NCBI GenBank assembly: GCA_014361195.1
Contig: JACIWA010000002.1
Coordinates: 4,310 to 68,309, forward strand
Length of the DNA stretch: 64,000 nucleotides
Source: Thermoplasmatales archaeon
GTDB lineage: Archaea; Thermoplasmatota; E2; UBA202; JdFR-43
Direction: 5' to 3'
The position numbers were made by a program, and so were the translations under genes. This document shows positions 29,776-38,500 of the stretch, piece by piece; position 1 is the first letter of the stretch; every line of letters begins with the position of its first letter. A model generated the notes under the pieces. That model did not search any database and had not been told where the DNA came from. It saw only the letters and a list, made by a program, of their open reading frames with translations.

Positions 29776-30472
29776 ATTCTATCACCTCCTTGGCAAATAA
29801 TTTTGCGGATTTTTCTATATCATCGCTATCATATATTGAAGAACCAACAATTGCATATGAAGGATAGCCAAGAAGCAGGCGAAATGCTTTTTTTATCTCC
29901 CCTCCTTGCCTCCCTATGCCGGGCATGCAGTATTTTGGCTCGTTCATCATATTTGCTATGATCATATGGTATTTTTTTATCGCCTCCTCCTTATTTCCTG
30001 GAAGGATAAAGTACTCTACTTTCTTCCTCACCGCAATTTCATATATTTTTGAAGGAGCGCTATCCACTATAAACCCGCCATTTTCATACAAATATTTTTC
30101 ATGGGTCATCTCCCCTCCAACCATTGGCACCATTTCATTCCTGAATATTGCATCTATAAAAGCCTCCTCGCTTTTTGGGCCCGCCTGCGGGAATATGATC
30201 ACGCCCTTCACGCCCGCCTCCTTGCAAGCTTTGGCGAATTTATCCGCTATCTGGGGAATATCTGTGCCAGCCTTTTGATGATCATAAATAACTGGTAGCT
30301 GGAAATCTATTTCTTCCATTATATTTTTTAGCCCGTATTTCAGGGCAAGATTTGCCCCTATTTTATAACCAACAATTCCCTCTATGCCCTGGGTTTTTTC
30401 AACGACTTCTTTCAATTTTTTTAGCTCCTCGACATCACATGCAATTATCACGCCATGCCTTTTTTCGAACAT
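29768..30472 (-). CDS. pyrF: orotidine-5'-phosphate decarboxylase
   Basis: IACD, GYKIG, YDHQKAGTDIP, PGIGRQGG, IVGSSIY; start reset to 30472 (or 30478). Confidence 0.85.
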   Translation of the reverse strand: MFEKRHGVIIACDVEELKKLKEVVEKTQGIEGIVGYKIGANLALKYGLKNIMEEIDFQLPVIYDHQKAGTDIPQIADKFAKACKEAGVKGVIIFPQAGPKSEEAFIDAIFRNEMVPMVGGEMTHEKYLYENGGFIVDSAPSKIYEIAVRKKVEYFILPGNKEEAIKKYHMIIANMMNEPKYCMPGIGRQGGEIKKAFRLLLGYPSYAIVGSSIYDSDDIEKSAKLFAKEVIEFE

Positions 30473-30539
30473 AAACATAAATATGAGCACATTTATAATC
30501 TCTTCCGAAAAATTTTTTTCCAAAAATTTAATTTTTAAT

Positions 30540-31322
30540 ATGGAAATAAAAGTAGGGAACATTGATGAAGATAAATATAGCAGGCTTAAATTGTATGAAT
30601 GGTTTGATATAGAAAAAGTAAGGATTGTAAAAGTTCTTGTTGTTGGAGCGGGGGCTCTGGGCAATGAAGTTTGCAAAAATTTAGTATTGTCAGGATATAA
30701 AAATATAGATATTGTAGATGCGGATAAAATAGTTATTTCAAATTTGAGCAGATGTATTTTTTTCAATGAAAAAGATAGGGGGAAATTTAAAGCGGAAATT
30801 CTCGCAAAAAGATTAAATAGAATAGAGAAAGATGCTAAAATAAGATATTTTAATAAGAAAATAGAAGAAATGCAGGAGAAATTTATTCCATCTCACGATT
30901 TGGTTATTGGATGCGTTGATAACATTGAAGCTCGCCTCCACATCAATTCATTTTGCTATCTTTATGAAATTCCTTATATAGATGGGGCAATAGATGGACA
31001 AATAGGAAAAGTTCAGGTTGTTTTTCCCCCTCATACAAGCTGTTTTGAATGCTATATAAATTCAACACATGAAGAGATATTGAAAAAAAGATTCAGTTGC
31101 ACAGGGAATGGAATAAAGTATTTTGAGCCAAAAATTGCATCTGATATAAATACCGCAAGCATAATTGCATCTTTCCAAGTTCAAGAAGCATTAAAAATTA
31201 CTCATTCCATGGAAAATTACATAAGAAATATTTTTTATTATGATGGATCCAGAAACTTTTTTGATATCTTTGAGCTTCCGATAAGCAAGAAATGCAATTG
31301 CCACAAAAAATTTATTTATTGA
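30540..31322 (+). CDS. ThiF/MoeB/E1-like adenylyltransferase
   Basis: KYSR, VVGAGALGNE, SNLSR, DN..AR, CFEC, FSCT, C-terminal CNCH; start reset to ATG 30540. Confidence 0.88.
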   Translation: MEIKVGNIDEDKYSRLKLYEWFDIEKVRIVKVLVVGAGALGNEVCKNLVLSGYKNIDIVDADKIVISNLSRCIFFNEKDRGKFKAEILAKRLNRIEKDAKIRYFNKKIEEMQEKFIPSHDLVIGCVDNIEARLHINSFCYLYEIPYIDGAIDGQIGKVQVVFPPHTSCFECYINSTHEEILKKRFSCTGNGIKYFEPKIASDINTASIIASFQVQEALKITHSMENYIRNIFYYDGSRNFFDIFELPISKKCNCHKKFIY

Positions 31323-31354
31323 ATTTGCATTTATTGATGATTTTTGGGGAGAAA

Positions 31355-32587
31355 ATGAAAGATGTATTCCATAACTTACTGGGCTCAGAAAGCATTTTCA
31401 AGAACAGGGAAGTTTTATCTCATTCCTATATTCCAGAAATCTTGCCACATAGAGAAAAACAAATTGAGGAGTTAGCAAAAATACTTGCCCCAGCTTTAAG
31501 AGGAGAAAATCCTTCAAATGTTTTTATTTATGGAAAAACTGGTACTGGAAAAACTGCGGTTGCAAAATTTATGGGAAAGCAAATCGTTAAGAAAGGAGAA
31601 GAGCTAGGAGTTCCAACAAGTTTTGTTTACATAAATTGTGAAATTGTAGATACCCAGTACAGGATTTTGCAAAACATTTCAAATCATTTCATTAAGAAAT
31701 GGGAAGAGCGTGTTCCTTTTACTGGATGGCCAACAGATGAAGTTTATTCAAAACTTGTAGAAACAATAGATAGGGCGGGAGGAGTAACAATAATAGTGCT
31801 TGATGAAGTAGATAAAGTAAAAGATGATGAAGTTTTATATAATCTATCCCGCATAAATTATGACTTAAAAAAAGCAAAAGCATCAATAATTGGCGTATCA
31901 AATGATTTGAAATTCACTGAATTCCTCGACCCGAGAATAAAATCCTCTCTCGGCCAGGAAAATATTGTTTTCCCTCCATATACTGCGGATGAGCTTGCGG
32001 ATATACTAAGAGAGAGAGCAACAATAGCCCTTAAAGAAGGCGCTCTCGAAGAAAATGTAATTCCCCTCTGCTCCGCGCTCGCCGCCCAGGAGCACGGCGA
32101 CGCAAGGCGCGCTCTCGATCTGCTTCGTGTGGCTGCGGAAATTGCGGAAAGGGAAGGGGAGAAAAAGGTTACGGAAAGACATGTGAAAATTGCGGAAAAT
32201 AAAATAGAGCTTGACAGGGTTAGTGAAATTGTAAGGACATTGCCGGTTCAATCAAAAATCGTGCTCATGGCTGCGATAATAGGAAATGAATTTTATGATG
32301 ACTTGACCACTGGCGATTTATATGAAATATATAAAGATTTATGCAAAATGTCGGGCTTGGGTGCTTTAACCCAAAGGAGGGTTGCTGATTTAATATCTGA
32401 ACTTGATATGCTCGGAATAATAACCGCGAGAGTGATTTCTAAAGGGAGATATGGAAGGACAAGGGAAATAGAGGTTTTTTCTCCAGATAAAATAAAGGAG
32501 ACAATTGAAAAAAGCGGTGATTTACCAGATTTAACATCTTATAAGCCAAAGTTACAAAACTTATTAAGTTTTAATATTAAAAAATGA
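31355..32587 (+). CDS. cdc6: Orc1/Cdc6 replication initiator
   Basis: LPHRE, GKTGTGKT, LDEVD, FPPY, GDARRALDLL, winged helix GRYGRT; start at 31355 after GGGGAG. Confidence 0.95.
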   Translation: MKDVFHNLLGSESIFKNREVLSHSYIPEILPHREKQIEELAKILAPALRGENPSNVFIYGKTGTGKTAVAKFMGKQIVKKGEELGVPTSFVYINCEIVDTQYRILQNISNHFIKKWEERVPFTGWPTDEVYSKLVETIDRAGGVTIIVLDEVDKVKDDEVLYNLSRINYDLKKAKASIIGVSNDLKFTEFLDPRIKSSLGQENIVFPPYTADELADILRERATIALKEGALEENVIPLCSALAAQEHGDARRALDLLRVAAEIAEREGEKKVTERHVKIAENKIELDRVSEIVRTLPVQSKIVLMAAIIGNEFYDDLTTGDLYEIYKDLCKMSGLGALTQRRVADLISELDMLGIITARVISKGRYGRTREIEVFSPDKIKETIEKSGDLPDLTSYKPKLQNLLSFNIKK

Positions 32588-32592
32588 AAGGG

Positions 32593-35500
32593 TTAGAAGT
32601 TTATTATAAACACGCTTATTCTTTCCTCTGCTGTTTGGCCAATGCTATCAGAGGCAATTACTTTTATTTCATGTGTTCCTATAATAAACTCATCCCATAG
32701 CCATGAATATGGTTCACTTGTATCAGTGAATTTAAGCACACCATCTATGTAGAATTCTACTTTTGCTATTCCTATGCTTGAACTTGCGGTTGCTTCAACT
32801 GTTATTCCTCCAATTATTACCGGCATTGGCAATGGAATTATTTCTCTATCAAAGATATATAAAGCATTTCTTGGTTTGGTTATGCTCACTGTTGGTGGGC
32901 TTGGCATGCCTATTGTAAATGTTCCATCGCTTGTATCACTTGCAACATTTCCCGCATTATCCTTTGCAACTACTTTAACCATGTAATTGCTTCCATATGG
33001 CAAGCCTGCAACATTCCAGTTATATGAACCAGTATTTGGAATATTGCTTGCTATAACATTCCATGTTAAGCCAGCATCTCCGCTATATAGCAAGTCAATC
33101 CCTGCAATTCCTATATTATCGCTTGCTGTCCATCTTATTGTTATAATGCCACCTAAGGTTTCTCCACCATTTGGATAAATTACTCTTACACTTGGCTTTG
33201 TCTTATCTATCTTGAATGTTGTAATCTTTGCTGGTGTTTCAGTTATGCATGCATTGCTTACCGAATAATATTCAATTGTGTGAGTTCCTTCTGCGGAAAA
33301 TGTAATTGGTGCGGTATATTTCTGCCATGAACCTCCATCGATGCGATAATATGTTTCTTTAACTCCGCATATGTATGCATTTGCTACAAGCTTGATTGTT
33401 ACATCACTTGTATACCATCCATTCTCTCCAAGCAATCCATCTATTATGCAGGTTGTTACTGGCATTGAGTATGCTATTCCAAATGTGCATGATTTAACTT
33501 GCTCAGTGCTTCCAAGAGTATCTACTGAATAGTATTCAACTGTATATAGTCCTTCAGTTGAAACAGTTACTGGTGAAGTATAATTCTGCCATGCTCCTCC
33601 ATTTATTCTATATCTTGTATATGCAACTCCTGGCACATCTGTTGCGGATAGAGATATTGTAACTGGTCCAACATACCAGTTATTGCATCCAAGTGGCCCA
33701 AAGCAACTGCATGTTGTAACTGGTGGCTCATTGTATGTGCTCATTGTTGCTTCCTTTGCATCATTTGCAGGATTTTCATCTCCCGCAAGCAATGTTGTTA
33801 CATTTATTATATACACACTGTTTTCTTCGGCAGTAAATGGCGGGAATGTTATCTCTTTTTCCGCCATGAATACCAAATTATTTACTGACAATGTTTCGGA
33901 ATATATAACAGAGCCCATTCCAATTTTTGTTATTTCAACATCATCAATGTACCATCCTTCCAAGGTTCCTGAGGAATCACTCGTAAATATAAATGCAATA
34001 TTTATCTTATGTGTTGTTGCATTTATATAAGATGTTATATCGACTTCTTCCTCTTTCCACCCACCAGATGAGCCTGTATATCTTTTTATTACATAGAATG
34101 TATAATTATCCGGACTTGCACAAACATATGCATAATCTCGGTTGCTCTCCAAGTTACACCACTGCTTCCATTTTAACAAAGCTTGTGTTGTATCTGATAA
34201 ATCCAACTTTGGAGATATTAAAAAGTCAACCATGTTATTTTCATATTGCCCGGTTGTTTCATTTCCACAGTACCAAGAATGATTCTGGCTCGCATATCTC
34301 CTTGTACTTATATGCCAGAGATCCACTCCAGATGTAATACCGTGTGTCCAGTTATTTTCACCACTTTCGATATCATCCTGCATTACAACAACCTTCCCCA
34401 ACCCATAGATAGTACATACGACATCGAAGGTTGCTGACAGCGTACCATAATTTTTAACTGTCGCTCTAACAGCATAGTCTCCTGGCTGATAAATTCCTGG
34501 GGTCGGATAATTTATTGCTGAAACCCCGACATCGTAAAAATTACATATTTTAACAATCGAGGATTTTACATTATTTAATATGTTCTCGTCTCCGCTCATT
34601 AATGTTTTTACAACCAATATGTAATCTCCTTCAGTTGAAAAATTACAAGGACTAAATTGTACATATGTTGTATTATACGAATTTATCAAACTAACTATTT
34701 TTTCTTCTCCGAATACTAGATTCAAAGTATTTATGGATATATCATCCATATATAATGTTGCACCTGATGTACTAAGAGAATGATGATAGAATCTTATAGC
34801 TATATTTTGGTTAGCATAAGGTGTTAAATCAGCAACAAATTGATACCATGTGTATGAACTCATTGCACTAATAGAAGAGTTATCTAATTCAAATATAGTT
34901 GTCCAAGGTCCATTTTGAGTTGCTCCAACATCAACATGCAAATATTCACCAGGAAGTGCTGTACGGGAAAGTCTCAATAACCAAAATACCAAAGCGTAAT
35001 TCCCCTCTCCTAAAGAAATAACAGGAGTCACCAAGTATCTATCTCCCCCAGTAGCAGCGTATGAATAAGCAGCCCATATACCGCTATGCTGGTATATCTG
35101 ACCACGCAACCATCCTCCATCAGCCCCGCCATTAAGCCAGCCAACGGGCGGAAATGATTCTTCAAATCCTTCGCTGAATAGCAATGTATTGAATTGATAT
35201 ATTGAGCAATTTACTGGCACATTTGCCTTATTTACATTTCCAAAGTTCTTTACTGTTGCATTAACCGCATGGCTTCCAGTTGGCGCAACCGCGGGTGGAT
35301 AATTGATTGATGTTACACCTACATCATCTATATCATTTATTATCACAGTTATTTCCTTGTAATCATTGCTGTTATCCTCATCGTTTGTTAGCTTTGTTGT
35401 TACATTTATCTTGTATGTATCCTCAATGCTTACTGTCCATGGGTCAAATACTACATATGTTTGCTGTCCAACATTCAAGCCAGAAACTGATTTTTCATTT

Positions 35501-38500
35501 GTGAATACAATTGCATCCGTTGAATTTCTTATTGTGCAATTTACAGTAAATGCTCCTACTGGAACATTTCCAAAGTTCATAACTGTTGCATTTACCGCAT
35601 AGCTTCCTGTAAATTGTGTTCCTGTTGGATAATTAATTGAAACAACCCCAACATCATAAAGATTATTTATATCCACTAATATTTCCTTGTAATCATTATC
35701 CGGATTTTCGTCTCCAGTAACCAATACCGTAACATTTATCCTATATACATCTTCCACCAAAGTGCTCCAATCAGAAAATTCTACATATCTCTCTTCGTTA
35801 CCCATCAAAGAGGAAATTATTACTTCTTCGCCAAATACAATTGCATTCGTTGAATTTCTTATTGTGCAATTTACCTTCACATCTGTTAGGTTTGCTGCTC
35901 CGACATTCTTTACTGTTGCATTTACTTTGAATGATGTACCTGGCAGATATATTCCTTGTATCGGCGAGTTGATTGATTTAACTTCCGCATCATATACACC
36001 TTGCAGGAATACAATTGTTGTTGTGTAATCATTACTCTGGAATTCGTCTCCAATAAGCAATGTTGTTACATTTATTAAATAGTTTCCGGCACCAGTTGTA
36101 ATGCTCCATGAACCAAATTCAATAAGTGTTTCCTCCCCAGCATTTAGGAGTGCGCATATTTCATCATCCCCAAATACATAACTATATGTGGGTGTCCCCA
36201 CCAGCCTGATGTTATCTACTTCCCAATACCATGCCCATGTTCCACTATCATTATAATACCATCTTATCCATACCCTTGACTGCCCTGCTGCATAAGCGGA
36301 TATATCATATGTCATGTGTCCATAGGTTGTTGAAGTGAAGTTTGCTATTGTTATCCATGGGTTGGCTGTTGAGCCAACTCTTATATCAACCCTTCCCCAT
36401 GAGCCAGAAGAGTGATAATAATAATGATCAAATTCAAGTATAACTCCTGTCTGTGAAGCGAAATTCAACTCTGGAGTTATTAATTGCTCATCCATGTATT
36501 TTGTTCCCGAACCAAATGCATCGCTATCAACAATCATAAATTTGCCATCGCATCCATCTTTTGCTCCTTTATTTCCTGGGTCTTTATCTGTCCAAGTTGC
36601 AGGTATGCTTGTTCCAGGATAAACATCATCTGTTCCTCCATCAACAATCGTCCAACCAGATGGCAGACCAGACTCGAAGTTTTCGAAAAAGAGCTGTGTT
36701 CCTGAAATTAATTTATAGATTGAACAATTTACCCGAAAATCTGATTGCGGAATATTTCCAAAATTCTTTATTGTTGCAATCGCTCTAATTTCTGGAGGAG
36801 ATGGAACTGAAATTGTCCCGGTTGGGTAATTAATTGATGTTGCTCCTAAATCGTCTATATTCCATATTTTTGTTATTATTGAGCTTGTATCATTTCCTTT
36901 AATTTCATCAGTTAAAAGATTTGTTTTTACAACTATTAAGTAATCTCCTTCTTCTGCAAAGTTATATGAGCTAAATTCAATATATTTTTCCTCATCAGCA
37001 TTTAAATTAACTGTTTTATCTTCCCCAGACACAAAATTTGTACTGTAAATAACTATATCATCTATCCTTACAGCTGAAGCAGAAGGTACTCCTGCTGTGC
37101 GAGATTGAAATCTTATATAGATAGTACTTCCATTATATTGAGATAAATCCACGGTGAATTTATACCATACATTATTCAGCATTCCTTGCAGGATATCGTA
37201 ATTAATGTCAAGTAAAGTCACCCACGGCCCGGTTGAGGTATAGCCTACATCAACATGTAAATACTGTCCATTTCCTAAATTATTTCCATCTTTTCTTGCC
37301 CAGAAATCAAGCAGGAAATTTCCACTCCCAAGAGAAATCGCGGGCGTAGTTAAATTGTAATAATTAATTACGCTGCTTGACGAGGATGCAGAATAGTTTC
37401 CTGTATGATTTGCTGCAGAGCTACGAGACCATCCTTGATTAGCCCAACCAGAAGGTGGCCATGTGCCTTCGAAACTTTCATTAATTATAACCGTGTTTAT
37501 CTTATATATTGAACAATTCACTGGAATGCTCGATTGATCCACATTTCCAAAGTTCTTAACGCTTACATTAACAACATAGCTTCCAGCTGGTAGTACTGAA
37601 ACTGGATAACTAATTTTTGTTATACCCATGTCATATATATCTCTTACCTCGAATGTTGTTTCCTTGTAATTATTGGCTGCATTTTCATCGGGTGGTGAAG
37701 TCCAGTTTGTTGTTACATTTAATATGTAATAGCTCTCGCTAAATGTCACCGAGCTAAATTCTATAGGTTTTTCCTCTCCAGAATTTAAATTAATTGTTCT
37801 ATCCTCCCAAAACATTAATTCAGGATAGTATAAGAGAACATCATCTATATGGATAGTTGCTCCAGACCCAGTTGCATAATGATTAAATTCTATGGAAACG
37901 GTGCTACCAGCATAAGGAGACAAATCAATGCTAAACTTGTACCACTTTCCCCTGGTCATTCCGTTTAGAGTGGAATATCCTATACTCAATAATTTTATCC
38001 AACCACCACCTTGATTTATGCTAATATTCACATATTGATTTGCATTTGGGGTCGCTGTCCTCAACATCCAAAACTCCAAGATATATTTTTTATTTAAAAG
38101 AGAGATGCCTGATGTCCTTAAATATTTATTTCCCGCTGACGCTGATGAATAAATCGAGTTATTACCTCCACCATGCTCGTAATTCTGACGTAAATTCCAT
38201 CCGCTATTAGTCCATCCAGCAGGTGGAAATGCTCCTTCAAATCCCTCATTTATTACATTTATTATTTGATATATCGAACAATTTACTGGAACATTGCTTA
38301 GAGGAACTGTTCCATAGTTCTTTACTGTTGCATTTACTTTATGTGTTTTTGTTGTTGTAATTATTCCTGTTGGATAGTTAATTGATTTAACCCCTGCATC
38401 ATATATATCATTTATCTCGAGAGTAATATTTTTATAATCATTTGTTGTATCCTCATCTCCCGCTATGCTTGTTGAAACATTTATTGCATAATTTCCTTCT

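Noticed and set aside
32040-32165. Short GC-rich patches in AT-rich genes (also near 900-990, 30170-30260, 47320-47410, 55860-55940)
   Set aside because: They coincide with conserved Ala/Gly/Arg/Pro-rich coding motifs; no common repeat or structure was found
30473-32600. Replication origin next to cdc6
   Set aside because: Flanking gaps are only tens of nt and no ORB-like repeats with G-strings were seen
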